Below are positions 25,671 through 38,200 of a stretch of DNA of 64,000 nucleotides, one piece after another; within the stretch, counting starts at the first letter, position 1; each line of letters begins with the position of its first letter. Made by a program: the position numbers and the translations under genes. Below the pieces are notes generated by a model. The model saw nothing but the letters and a program-made list of their open reading frames with translations, made no database searches and was not told the origin of the DNA. The DNA is from Tilletiaria anomala UBC 951 (Eukaryota), in contig NW_013547019.1 in NCBI RefSeq assembly GCF_000711695.1, positions 310,001 to 374,000 of the forward strand. The letters are read 5' to 3'.

Positions 25671-27614
25671 TTATGAGGGTGCAGGCGCAGGTGCCGGCGT
25701 AGGCGTAGACATAGGAATTGCGACGGGTGCCGGTGTAGGCGTAGGCGCAGGGCCAGAGCCTGACGCTTGCGCTGATGTCGGAACCGGCGCAGGGGCAGGT
25801 GCCGAAGCAGGTGGCATAGGAGCGAAGTCCCCTGAGACGAGGGATTGTTTAGGGGTTAGAGTCGCGCAGGAAAAGGTTGCAATGCAAAAGAGGAAAGGGA
25901 GGCGAAGCTCACATGGTCTGGGGACGAGGGCCATGGGGAAAGCCCAGACCGCAGCAATGACAACTCCGTTTCCTTTGTTCTGCGCTGCGATGGCCTTGAA
26001 CTCGACATCGACAAACATGGAGATGTAGCGGATGAAGGGAACCAATTCTGGAATACCTCCCGAGACAGCCATGGTTTGCAAAAAGCCGAGAAAGGAGCCA
26101 GAGACGCTTTGCGCTGTGCCGAGGTACGAGATCGTTGACGGCGGAAGAGTGACCTCGAAGCCCCACCAATGGACAAAGATAGACATGCGGTCGATTGGTG
26201 CAGCGAGGCCGACATTGGTGCCTGATGCCTCGATGACTGCGCCTGTGATGGACGCCATGGCGTTGAATGCGCCAAGCTTGTCTGCGCCTGCAGTGACGAT
26301 TGTGCTCTTGGGAGAGATTATGAGGGAGATAGGCGAGACGCCCATCAACGTTGGAACCTCCGGTAGTTGCGGCAAGTTGACAAGCGAAAGGGCGTTCTGG
26401 TCTTTTCCAGATGGCAAAGCGGCCTTAACAAGCTCGTTGGTCGCGTGTGTGGTTTGGGAGCCTTTTGCAGGGGAGGTGGCGGCCCACGGGAGCCAGCTGG
26501 CAACATAGCCAGCTCCAGCTACAATGCTGAACCTCCCTACGGCCTTGACCGGAGCTGAAGAAACAGAAGCTGTACTTACAGTAGAAGCATGCTGCGCAAG
26601 AGCATCGGCGTGCCTGTTGGATGCTGTGCTCTCGTCACAGTCAAGGCAGACCATGCGACTTGTGGACGTAGGCGGGACGGAGGCTGCCCGAGCCTCGTGC
26701 AGCGCCTCTTTTGCTGTACGGAGCTTGGACGCGTCTTCATCAGGCTCTGTGATGCTCTCAGGAACAGCGCCGGCATATAGGACACGCTCCATTCCGTGCT
26801 CCTTGACTGCTGCTCCAGCAGGGTCGACTTGCATGACGCGCAGCTCGCCGATGATGCTATTGGCTAGGTCGATGTCTAGCAACGCCGATTTCAGCTTCTT
26901 GAGCTGTTTTGCCTTCGCTGCTTGCGCTTTGTCGTAAGTCATAGTTTCCTTCTTTGCAGCCGACTTGGCATTCTTAACGGCAGCCTTCGCTGCATCTGGG
27001 TTGCCGTTCATCAGCTGCTCGAGCAGGCGAGCGTGCCGGCTTGCGACCGCTTGATGGTTAGTGACCTTTGCTTTCGGAGCATTCGGGGAGTGATGACCCT
27101 TGTGAATGCCATCTTCTTTCCAGACAAAGTGTTGGTGGTCGTCACGTTTGCTAGCTCGAAGGATCTTCTGCTCTTGTTTGACTTGTTTGGCCGCCTTTGC
27201 TGTGGGCTCCTTCGAGGAGCGTCTCAATTGAAACTGAACTACTCGCGCTCTTTGCTTGGACGGTAAGGTGTGCGTGCGGAGCGCAGCACTTTCTTGCTCG
27301 AGCTGCTCCTTGATTGTCTCAGCCTCTTCGACGGAGGGGCTGAAACTGACTCTCCGTGGTACACTTTCGGTCTTTGCCGAGGCGAGGACAAGGCCAGAAG
27401 CAGCGTCATGGGTAGAGCTAGTCTCTGAAGATTCGGCGGCGCCAGCACCAGCAATTGCAGATGCTGTCAATGAGCTCTTCTTTTCGCCCCCGTGCACCGC
27501 CGTCGGCTTATTAAGAGCAGACGGTAGCGAGGCGACCTTGCTGTCCTTCCTGCTCCTGAACGGCTTAATGACGGCGTCGATGCTGAAGCGTCGCGGTGGC
27601 TGAACGTCCGCCAT
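25671..27614 (-). CDS. Hypothetical protein with a conserved-looking C-terminal domain and Pro/Ala tail
   Basis: Long ORF. C-terminal block PIDRMSIFVHWWGFEVTLPP...GVVIAAVWAFPMALVPRPWDF after removing an 81-nt GT-AG intron (25912-25832). Start placed at MADVQPPRRF. Confidence 0.8.
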   Translation of the reverse strand: MADVQPPRRFSIDAVIKPFRSRKDSKVASLPSALNKPTAVHGGEKKSSLTASAIAGAGAAESSETSSTHDAASGLVLASAKTESVPRRVSFSPSVEEAETIKEQLEQESAALRTHTLPSKQRARVVQFQLRRSSKEPTAKAAKQVKQEQKILRASKRDDHQHFVWKEDGIHKGHHSPNAPKAKVTNHQAVASRHARLLEQLMNGNPDAAKAAVKNAKSAAKKETMTYDKAQAAKAKQLKKLKSALLDIDLANSIIGELRVMQVDPAGAAVKEHGMERVLYAGAVPESITEPDEDASKLRTAKEALHEARAASVPPTSTSRMVCLDCDESTASNRHADALAQHASTVSTASVSSAPVKAVGRFSIVAGAGYVASWLPWAATSPAKGSQTTHATNELVKAALPSGKDQNALSLVNLPQLPEVPTLMGVSPISLIISPKSTIVTAGADKLGAFNAMASITGAVIEASGTNVGLAAPIDRMSIFVHWWGFEVTLPPSTISYLGTAQSVSGSFLGFLQTMAVSGGIPELVPFIRYISMFVDVEFKAIAAQNKGNGVVIAAVWAFPMALVPRPCELRLPFLFCIATFSCATLTPKQSLVSGDFAPMPPASAPAPAPVPTSAQASGSGPAPTPTPAPVAIPMSTPTPAPAPAPS

Positions 27615-28298
27615 GGTGGCACAAGGTATACGACGGGCGTCGGGTTTTCGTGAGTCTTCCAGTGGTTCGTGAATGGTCGTCAAAGTCGTCAAGGCCACAT
27701 CGGTGGATGGAGGCAAGCATGTCATCCGCTCGCCATCTGTTACTCCAGCCCAACAGGATATCCAACCCATGCGAGAGCAATAGTTGCAAGTATCATGTAT
27801 GTTCACGTGGGACGAATGCGCCTGTATGAAGCGCGGCGACTGCCTGTGGACTGCAGGGTGAGAGGAGAGACATCAACCAGCTTGGTGCCCCTGTCCGGCG
27901 GATTGAATTGAGCGATGGAATGCACGGCAGCCGATGGGCGATGATGTACATACATACATGTACGAATAGTTCGGCAAATACGCAGCCGAGGCTGTCAGCG
28001 TTACGTAATGCTTTCCTATTGTTTCGCGAATCGCTCCACCGAGCGTTGGTGAGCGCCCTCCATGCGACACGAGTCTCCCTGTCTTTAATACAGACGACAG
28101 CAGACCTTTCGCAGATGCCTGTTTCTTGAAGTACTAACACAACCAGACACCGCCCAACCTGCTCTTTGATGGCATGACTTGGATCTCCAGAGAGGGATTG
28201 TGGGCGGGTAGTCTGCACCAGCAGGTATAGCCAGGTTCTCAAGGCGGCAGAAGCTCCCCACAGCCATTTCTCGAGCCGCGAGCCATCGTGCTGCTACC

Positions 28299-28978
28299 AT
28301 GATTCGCTTCATCCTCGTCCAGAACAAGCAGGGCAAGTCTCGCCTTTCCAAATTCTACGTGCCTTACGACGATGACGAGAAGGTCAAGCTCAAGGGTGAA
28401 GTGCACCGTCTCATTGCGCCGAGGGATACGCGTCATCAATCCAACTTTGTAGAAGTGAGCGGCCATTCCCCACTCCCAACGGGAGATGCTTTGACTAATT
28501 TTGTTGCCAACTTTTGGGTTCTCCTCTCACCTGGCACCCTCCAGTTCCGAAGTCACAAGATCGTCTATCGCAGATACGCAGGGCTCTTTTTCTGCGTTTG
28601 CGTGGATGCCAACGATAACGAGCTCGCATATCTGGAGGCGATTCACCTTTTTGTTGAAGTCCTCGGTATGTCTCAGACGCAACCTTTCTACATCGCAGCA
28701 CATGGTGACTGATGTGAGCCGACTTTCCTGGACTGGAATTCCATTTTGCAGATACGTTCTTTGGCAATGTCTGTGAACTGGATCTCGTCTTCAACTTCTA
28801 CAAAGTATATGCGATTCTTGACGAAGTATTCTTGGCTGGTGAAATTGAGGAGACGAGCAAGAGTGTTGTGCTCAATCGGTTAGATTATCGTAAGTGTCAT
28901 AAACCACTGATCCATCTATATAAACGATAGTTTGACTCTTGCTCCTTCTTTCTCTTTCCAGTCGAACGCCTGGAATAG
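28299..28978 (+). CDS. APS2: AP-2 adaptor complex sigma subunit
   Basis: [28 protein letters not shown]...[21 protein letters not shown]...[53 protein letters not shown]; 3 introns. Confidence 0.96.
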
Positions 28979-29720
28979 AGCTTGGCCGGTGTCCACTGAT
29001 TGCTGTGCGACTGTCACTGTATCATACCCCCACCTACCCATTAATGTACAACATGCGATAGTCCTATAATATATGGATGGCTGAAGCCCGTCGATCGACC
29101 GTCGAACGCTCGCGCGTGATGTGGCCTGAGCCTAGAATATTCAGAATGCGGGCTGGATTTCCCTTCAAATAGAGATCCCACAAAGCATCCGAACCTGGCC
29201 TTCTAGACTATAACATCCGGCCTCTGGAAGACGACGCCGGATGCGGGGTTAGGTCTGTGGTTCGGTCCGAGAGCCGCACTCCCGCTGGAAGATATTCTTA
29301 ATGCCGCTTCTAGACTATTAGCAACCCGCACTTCTGTAGTTCTGCTAGCGTGCCAGAGTACATTTCATCGACGCCGTGTACCGTAAACTCGATGCAGATT
29401 TCAGGAGGCCCACCTTCGATGCTTCCTGTGGCTGAGAGAGGCTTTCAAATGATACCAAACTAAAATCTGATCGCTTGACTGAAAGCACCGATCTGCGGTC
29501 GAAAGGTTTCATGGGAAGCATCGCGTGGCCCTTTCGCCTTATATCCTTTAGAATGGTTACAGCCAAGAAGTCTATCATCGCCATCACATGGGCGAAGGCC
29601 AGCAGAAACATACAAGGGTTCTCTGCAAGCCCCCTACACTTCGAAGCGAAGCAAAATTGCGGAAGTAGCCCTTTGATCGTGACTCGCGACAACCCCCAGA
29701 TGCCCACATCTGAGCCTTAC

Positions 29721-30837
29721 ATGTCAGTCGATACACTCGGGCAGAGTAAGTACGCTATGGGAACCCAAACGCGAGAATCATGTAGTGGTGGTCTTGGGTG
29801 CGAGGCTGCCGGTTAGCTTTCGGAAACGTATGCGTTGCACGAGTCCCTAATCCCGTCCGTTCTACGCTTTTGTTAATTCACTTCAGTTGAACCCCCGTTT
29901 GGACCTGTGCAGCGCTCGTGTATTTGCAAAGAAAGGCTACACAACCGTTGTCATGTCACGCAGCAAGCAGCGGCTTGATGAGTAGGCAAAAGAGGTCAGT
30001 ATCGATCCGTAAGGCTGTCTCCTGGCTGCAACACCGAGTGACTAATGCCATTCGCCGTGGCGCCCCTCTCACCATGCAGCTGGACCAGTTAGCACGCCAA
30101 GCTCGCGGTGGCTCAGCTTATACAGTCAGCGCTCCGTTGTCCATGACTTTGTGTGAGATGCTACGAGCATCGAATCTATCGAGAAAGCCATGGAAGCGGT
30201 CATCAAGGCATGATCTGACAAGCAGATATGCTCGGCTGTGGATAATGCCTCCATCAGAAATCCCTTCGAATTCTTGAAGCAGGATGAAAGATTCGCCAAG
30301 AGTGCTTTGGCAGGAAGCATGTGAGCTGTCATTTACAAATGAAATTAGAACAAGCCTTCTTGCTGGCATCCTTGGTAATATCCAAAGCGTTGACGTTATA
30401 TTCAACAGCTTTGGAGAAAATGCCTTTACTCAAGCCAGTCTTAGGGCGATGGAAGCCCACGGACTAGGTGGGTGGACGGACCGCGATACTGACTGACTGC
30501 ATCTGATCCATATATCCTGTACGTTGCATCAGTCGCATGCAAGAGAGTACGGGAAGAACGGCGTACACAGTGAGGCACGGTTGAAAATCTGCCCCATCAC
30601 GGAGACACTGACGAGCGAGCGATCGGCCATACCATGGTCACGCACGTCGTCATCAACGGGCTTGTGGAGAGTGCGGGTACATGGGCAACGTTCTTCTTCA
30701 AGCCAGGCCCACGAATTCCGGACGGAAGCACACTGCGGCCAGAAGAAGCGGCAAAGACTTGGCTATTCCTTGCATAGCAGCAGCCGAGCACTTGGACACA
30801 TGATATTGACTTAAGACCCGCGAAATAATACTATTGA
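29721..30837 (+). pseudogene. Short-chain dehydrogenase/reductase (SDR) pseudogene
   Basis: Collinear SDR motifs NHVVVVLG / CSARVFAKKGYTTVVMSRSKQRLDE*AKE / V*DATSIESIEKAMEAVIKA*...AVDNASIR / AFTQASLRAM / QSHAREYGKNGVH / THVVINGLV / LRPEEAAKTWLFLA*QQPSTWTHDIDLRP. In-frame stops at 29983, 30154, 30211, 30775 and 30826. Confidence 0.85.
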
Positions 30838-33800
30838 TATGTTGCGTACTTGCACTGTGCCCAGGCATGAATTCTTCGATGGGAACTTGCAATGGCGACA
30901 TCTTGCAACACGAAGTTTAAGCCCTCGGTCAACTGCCCTTTCGGGCTCCCCCATAACGCCTTGGCAATGCGAGCAAGATGCTTATGGTGTCTCTCCTTCC
31001 ACCTTTGCTCCACCTCCTGCTCAAAACGCTCCGCTTGAGAAGTGGCTTCTTGTAGAAGTGGCTCGGGTAAGCCAGCGAGGGACGCACAATGGATGCCAAA
31101 ACTGCTGTTCGCCATGCCCTTCCGCAGGCGATAAAGGAAGATGATCTCCTGACGCCCTGTCTCCTCATCGACTTGTTCGGAGTAAGCCATGTACATGTTG
31201 ACCAGCCTGCCTTGCAGATCTGGAAGTGAGGCGACAGAGCCGAGAGAAAAATAGTGCGTGATGAACAGAGTGGTTGGACATCTGTAAATGGGTCGGCTCA
31301 TCAGCTCCCGTAAGACAGCGTATGCGACGGCAGTGCCGTCATTTGTCGAGGTTCCCCGACCTAGTTCGTCAAGGATTACCAGCGAGCGCCCCGTTGCTGC
31401 GCGTAGAATTTCAGCTGTTTCTTCAATCTCGACCCGGAAGGTAGAACGTCCGTTTGCAAGATCATCGCTTGCTCCCATCCGGGTAAGCACTGAGTCATGC
31501 AAGCTGAGACGGGCTGATCGGGCTGGCACGTATGCGCCACACTGAGCAAGGATGACGCACAGCGCGATCGCTCGTACTGTCGAGCTCTTACCGCCCATGT
31601 TTGAGCCGGTGAGTAGTATTCCTTTCGACCCCGTCTCTCCAAGCTTGATAGAGTTAGGGACGTAGTGGGATATATGCATCGCTTCGCTCATCGGATGTCG
31701 AAAGTCCTCCAATTCAATGAGGCCTGTCGACTCTGCATGGCTTTCCACCATCTCAGGACGGCAAAAGTTCGGAAGCGATGCAAGCCGCGCAAGACAATTC
31801 AGGGCGTCCAACGTGGCGAGAGAAGCGACTACGTTACGCAATGGGATGTAGGTGTTCATGAATTCCTGGACAAACGTCTTGTAGGCGTTGTCGGCTTCGA
31901 GCTGCAATGTCTCTTTGAGCTGGTCACGTTGTTTGATAAGAGCGACAATGCGCGGCGAATGGAAGCGGACCATTTTCGTAGTAGAGTCTGCCGTGGGGTT
32001 CAAGGTCTAGATTAGTTGGTGACCCTCCTAGATGAAAGCATGCGGGCATGCGACTTACTGATGCGAATCCAGGTGGACGGAACCTTGTTTGCGTCACCCT
32101 TCCTAACTTCGACTAGATACTCCTTATCGGCTACAGTGGTATACTGCAAAGAAGGTCTCTTAAGCTCGATGCGCAGCTCCTTTAGGTGCTCATTGAATTC
32201 TGTCTCGTTGACACTGAGTAAGACCTTGACGTCTTGAAGTAACGGGAATTGCTCCGGATCTGCGAAAAGATCCATTTTATTGTCTTCGCGCGCTGCGACC
32301 ACGCTGATCGCTGAAAGAGCTTGCTTGCAGACTTCGCGTCCCTCAGAAAGAGAGAAAATGCCGTCTGTCAACATTTGACTACTCAGTGGCACATCAGATG
32401 CCCTCTTGAAGTCGAATTCTGTAGTGACTCGATTGAGCGCAATCAATATTTTTGAGAATTCTGAAGGGGAACTCCGTCCGTAGGATAGCCGCGCAAGGCC
32501 TTGCTCGAGGTCGGGCAGGCCATTGAGCAATCTCAGTGCCTTGCCAAGCGTCGCAGATTGTGATGATTTGTCTACAACCTCCTCCACCGCGGCCAATCTA
32601 TGCCTGAGCGCCTTCATGTCGGTGAGCGGTTGGCCGAGCCACTTGCGGAGCAGACGCTTGCCCATCGCCGTCTGAGACCGATCGACGAGCCAGAGCAAAG
32701 ACCCTTTCTCCCGCCCGTCGGTCCCGTTGCGGAAGATCTCGAGATTCTTGAGAGTGTTGGCAGTGAGAAGCATAGTGGAACGAGATGCAAAGGAGGAGAA
32801 GTTGAAGGCCCGCTGAAAGAGTGCATCAAGTCCGAAAGACTTGAGATGCGAGACACAAGCGGCAAAGCTGAGCAGCGCGAGATGTGGAAGTGAAAGGATG
32901 ATCGCAAGCATTGCCGATTTGGCTGCTTCATCCGCCTGCTTGCTTGTCTGTACTGTCTCAGTGGCCACGTTGAGTGCTTCGTTGTAAGACAGAATTTGGT
33001 CCTCTGGCCATCGCTCCGTCCGAATTGGTCGGCCATCGCTGGTGCCTTTGCCTGCCGTGTACTTCATGATCTTTTCGGTGAGACGCGATAGTCTGCCTTT
33101 CGGAGGCATGAGAATCTCGATCGGACTGTAATGCGCGAGTCGTGTCTCGAGTTCCTACGCAGCCACGGGACAGTCCCGGTCAGCACTGCGTGAAGGCATG
33201 GTAGACTTTGCCTGCTTGAGCTGCACTCACACTCCTCATCCTGGTATCTTCAAATTGGTCCCAGATGACCTGACCCGTGGAGACTTGCACGCATACAATT
33301 CCAATGGTTACACGTTCCTCTGTGTTGTTCTTACTGTCCTCCGACTTCTCAACGATTGCCACTAGACTGTGATTGGCTAAGTTGCCAGGCCCGTTGGCGT
33401 CCACATCGCCATCCATACCACCGCCAGCGGAGAGGGTTTCCACCCAAGTGCTTGCGGTGTACACGCCTGTGAGCTTGCGAGTGAAGGGTTTGGAGGCATT
33501 CGATGACATGGCTTTCAATGCTCGCGTCTCGGTCTGTCGCACGACACCGACCTTGTAGCCTGCTGAGATGAGCGTGCGTACGTGCACATGAAGGCGATGC
33601 ACTGGAACCATTGCAGTGAGGAAGTTGCGGTCTGGAAAACAGGCCTGATCCATACGAATGCGAGTGCAGAAATTTATTAGTATCTGCGGCATCTACCGCA
33701 AGAAGGCCCACGATATGCTAACAGCAGACTCACTACATTCAGGTGGCGGCTAGCAATTCGTGCATCTTCGCCAAAAAATTTGAGCTTGTACCCGACCTCG

Positions 33801-34648
33801 ACGATCAAAAGCACACCAGGATAGTTGCGCTTAAGTTCGATAATCTGTTCCTCAAGTGGCGTGTACGGTAGACCGGACGGACCAACTGCTTTCTCGTTGG
33901 CTTTCCCTTTCGCTTCACTTCTGAATGCAGGCTTCGTGCAATCCGCAGGGACTTTCGCCTTTCGCCCATTATCTTCGGCAGAATGTGCGGAATATTTCAG
34001 CAAGCTGAACCGTATCAGTCCCTCACCCTCACCCTTGTCCTGTTGCTGTATCTCTTCAAGGTCGCTGTCATCACTGATCGAATTGGCACGGTCACGCTGA
34101 AACTCCGTTTCAGCAACCTCGCCACCCGCACCGCTTGCACTGAAGTCCTGTTTCCACTCTAAATAGGCTTCTGGGCGGCTGGCAGTTTCGCTCAAGTAGC
34201 CAAAATTTCGGGAAAGCACATCGCCACTCAAGAGCGTTCTGCGGAATGCTTCATGTCGTTGGAGCTCTTCAAATGATTGATCCACGCTTTCTTCGCTAAT
34301 GCCATCCGATGTCGGTTCTTTGTTCTGCCCTAATGATTCAATGTGAGTGGAACATGATGGTTCGACAAATCGCCAGCGGGAGAGTTTGTCCGCAGCCGTC
34401 AGGAGGACGTTGCTTTCGCTCCTGGAATGGGCAAGAGCCTTGCTGTTGACGTCCAGTTTTAGCTTTTTCGTGGGCGGACCAAACTCTCTGAATGTCTCAT
34501 TGACTGCATTCTCATAATATCTGCTTCCGTTTTCCGCGCTGACACTCCTTGCAGCGTTGGCTGCTGCGCCGGCACTGCCAGTTACCCGAACCGGAGAGAA
34601 AAAGGAGGAGATCGTCAAGTTACCACGGAGCTTGTTGGAATTGGGCAT
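30831..34648 (-). CDS. MSH3: DNA mismatch repair protein MSH3
   Basis: N-terminal PIP-like TISSFF; YTPLEEQIIELKRNYPGVLLIVEVGYKLKFFGEDA (MSH3-type GYK); ATPase LLTGSNMGGKSS, TRMGASD, LVILDELGRGTST, FITHY, SFGIHCASLAGLP. Confidence 0.96.
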
Positions 34649-34932
34649 TGTTCAGCCATCCTTCCCCCGAGTGCATCGTCTGGCCTTTCTTGTGTGCAGG
34701 TTGAATGCTGCTACAGCAGCTGCCACTCTGATTGCCGATGATGAGCTGTTCTGCAGTCCGCAATTGAACAGTAGGTATCGAAGATACTTAGCCGACGTTT
34801 CGAGTAGCTGTCTTCGGGAGCTCGGGGCTGAGTATGGGTTATGGAATAGCTGGGCCATCCATCTCAAGCAGGAGACCCTGCAATGAAGCTACGAGCACCT
34901 ATTACGTAATGTTCCTCAAAAGCGCGCATGTT

Positions 34933-35024
34933 GCGCGTCGCGTGACGCGTTTTGTCTTCAGATAGTTAGGGTTGTATCACGTGCTCTCCTTTCGGGCACT
35001 GATCACGACGCGACGCGACGCGAC
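34933..35024. promoter_or_regulatory. Cluster of MCB-like CGCG elements in the MSH3/SMC4 divergent promoter
   Basis: GCGCGTCGCGTGACGCGT (34933-34950, perfect ACGCGT at 34945) and (CGACG)3CGAC (35006-35024). Confidence 0.55.
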
Positions 35025-35273
35025 AGCACATCATACCACAAAACACCACGCCGCTTTTGTTGTGGACCCCAGCGCCCAGCAAACCTGCGGACATCCTACA
35101 TAGATGTATATTCAGGTAGTAACTCTCTCATGTTTTGACGCACACAGACGTAGTTCACAGATCATCCAGACCACTCTTGATCTGACTGCATTGGGGTAAC
35201 GCTCTCTAGCCAGCCCATGCGAATAAGGCCGCAAGGTCTGCTGCCACATTAGTACCGGCTGAATCAAGAAAAC

Positions 35274-38200
35274 ATGGCACCACGCAGAGCAGCAGCAGCA
35301 TCGGCCAAAGCACGACTGGCCGCAACCGCCGGTGACGACGAGGCCGGCAAGGATGGGAGCGACATTGAGAACGACGTAGCTGTCGCCGCCGCAAAGAAGG
35401 TACGCTCCAGAGCTCCCCGACGCACAGTGTCGGGCGCTTCCCAGACCAGTTCGCGGTCCATGAGGAGGTCAGCATCTGTCGAGGCAGACGAAGACGAAGT
35501 CGAGGGCGAGCAAGATGAGCCTGTGCTGCGAAGAAAAGCACGAGTACCAGCTCGCAAGGCTGTGCCCGCCAGGTCCAGGACCAAGCGCACAGTGTCATAC
35601 GCCGAAGAAGATAAGGCTGACGAAGATGAAAGTGAGGCGGGTACCACGGAAGACATAACAGATGAGCAGAAGGAATCTTTGGCACCAGAGCAACCAGCGG
35701 CAAGCGCAATTGAATCTACAGGCGACGGCGTGGCTGCCAACACGGAAGTAGGTAAGCCAGGAGACTTGATCAGCATCTCCGTCGATGACAGCACAGTAGA
35801 GGCCGAGCCCGAAGACGGCGATATGACGACTCAGCAAGCCACGCCACAAGCCCGCAAGGTTGGTCTACCCGAAGTAAACACGCCGCTCGTATCCAGAGTG
35901 CCGCACACACCTAGCGCACCTGCCCCTGCCCCTACCGAAGCCAAGACTCGTCTGATCATTCACAAGATGGTCTTGCAAGACTTCAAATCGTACGCTGGTA
36001 GACAAGAGATTGGTCCCTTCCACAAGTCTTTCTCTGCTGTCGTCGGTCCTAACGGGAGTGGGAAGTCCAATGTTATCGATTCACTCCTATTCGTCTTTGG
36101 CTGGAGGGCAAACAAGATGCGGCAAGGCAAGCTCAGCGAGCTCATCCACAACAGTGCTAGCAAGCAAAGCCTGCCTAGCTGTACGGTCGAAGTTTGGTTC
36201 CGAGAGATCGAGGATCTGGTGAGTGTTCCAAATGGACCCCTTTCCTCCGCAGCATCACTCATTCTCATGCTGTAATTTTATTCCGTGTAGCCTGGCCCAG
36301 ATGCCTTCCGCGTCGTTCCAGGCTCAAAGCTCGTCGTCGCACGCACGGCCTTCCGCAACAACACATCTGTCTACACGATCAACTCGCGCAAGTCCACCTT
36401 CACTGAAGTGACGACTCTGCTCAAGGGTAGGGGTATCGATCTTGATCACAAGCGGTTCCTTATTCTGCAGGGCGAGGTTGAATCGATTGCTCAAATGCCT
36501 CCCAAGGGAAAGACAGAGCATGAAGAGGGCTTGCTGGAATACTTGGAGGATATCATCGGCACGAGTGAGCTTAAGGTGCCAATCGAGGAAGCAGCGGTCA
36601 AGGTGGACGAATGCAACGAACAGCGATCCGTCAAGCTCGAGAGGCTCAAGTTCGTTCAAAAGGAAAAGCAATCTCTGGAGAACAAGAAGAAGGAAGCGGA
36701 AGAATACCTTCGTGATCAAAATGAACTCACGCAGCGCCAGTCCGCACTGTGGCAAGTCTACATGATGGAGTGTCGCAAGCAGATGGCTGTGGCGTCTGCC
36801 GCGATCGAAAAGCTTCAGGGCCGGCTCGAGCAAGAGACAGAGAAGCATTCTGGTGCAAAGGGTGAAGTCGAAGAGCTCACAGCTGAGCTTACGGTCGTCA
36901 CGCAAGAGTATCAAGACGCAAAGCAGGAGTTGGACAAGGTGTCAAAGGAATTGGCCAAGTTCGAGAAAGCCAGCTTGCAGTCTGGAGAGAAAAAGAAGCA
37001 CATCGAAGCAAAGGCCAAGAAACTCGAAAAATCCATTGCGGAAAGCAAGCGAGCAATTTCAGATGCTCGTGCAACGGCCAGGAATTCTGGAGAGGAAGCG
37101 CAGAAGCTCAGAAGCGAAATGCTCCAGTTGGAAGAATCTCTTGAGAGGGAGGAGGTCGCACTTGAGGCTGTTCGCGAGGGACTCAAGGACAAGACACAGG
37201 GCTTCACTGCCGAAATTGAGAAGAAGCAGAGAGAGCTGCAACCTTGGACAGCCAAGTTGACAGCGCAGAACAATGCACGTGGCTTAGCAGTCGAAGAGCG
37301 TACCCTGCTTTCCAGCCGAGAAGAGCAGCACAAGGAGCGCATCGAAGCCGCTGGCTTAAGTTTGCGGGAGCTTGGCGCCGAGACTGAAACTCAGGTGAGT
37401 AGATGGTTCGCTTGCAGAGCACTGCTTCAATTGCTCGCTGATCACTCTGTCTGGTGGCAGTGCGACGCGATCGAGGCTTTCCGCAAAGAGAAGGCAGATA
37501 TTGGCGCCAAGCTCGCTGATGCCGAAAAGCAGCTTGAGCGCATGCGAATAGAGGAACAGAAGCTTCGATCCGCAGCCGCCGCTGCGCGGTCGAAAGCTGA
37601 AGAAGCTAAAAACGCGTCCGCGAACGAGAAGAATCGCAGCCAGGTACTTAACAGCCTCAATCGTCAAGCTGAACTTGGCATGATCAAAGGATACCATGGT
37701 CGCCTTGGCAGCCTTGGCGCCATTGACGAGAAGTACGACATCGCTATCAGCACAGCGTGTCCAGGCCTGGAGAGCATTGTCGTGGACAGTGTTGAGAGCG
37801 CTCAGGCTTGCATTGAGCATTTACGCAAGAACAACCTTGGTCGTGCCAACTTCATCTCCCTCGACAAGCTGGAAAAAGGACCTGTATTAAGGGTGCAGAC
37901 GCCAGAGAATGCACCCCGCCTGTTCGATCTCGTGCAGGCTAAGTCGGACGTATACGCACGCGCTTTCTACCATCAGCTCAGAGACACACTCGTCGCTTCA
38001 GACCCAACGCAAGCGAGCCGCATCGCATACGGTGCCACGAGGTGGCGCGTGGTCACCCTCGCGGGCCAACTGATCGACAAGAGCGGTGCCATGTCCGGTG
38101 GGGGCTCCAAGGTGTGTCAGGGTGCCATGAGCTCCAAGCTGCAAGGGGAGCAAATCTCGCCAGAGAAGCTAGCTCGCCTGGAGAAAGAGCGCGATCTAGC

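Noticed and set aside
25671..25810. Tandem GGCGTA/GGCGCA-type repeats
   Set aside because: Simply encode the Pro-Ala/Pro-Thr tail; not a CRISPR-like or non-coding array.
13450..37460. Several in-frame, stop-free introns (SMC6, APS2, SMC4) that make ORFs read through
   Set aside because: About seven among several dozen short introns is roughly what chance predicts; not evidence of regulated retention.
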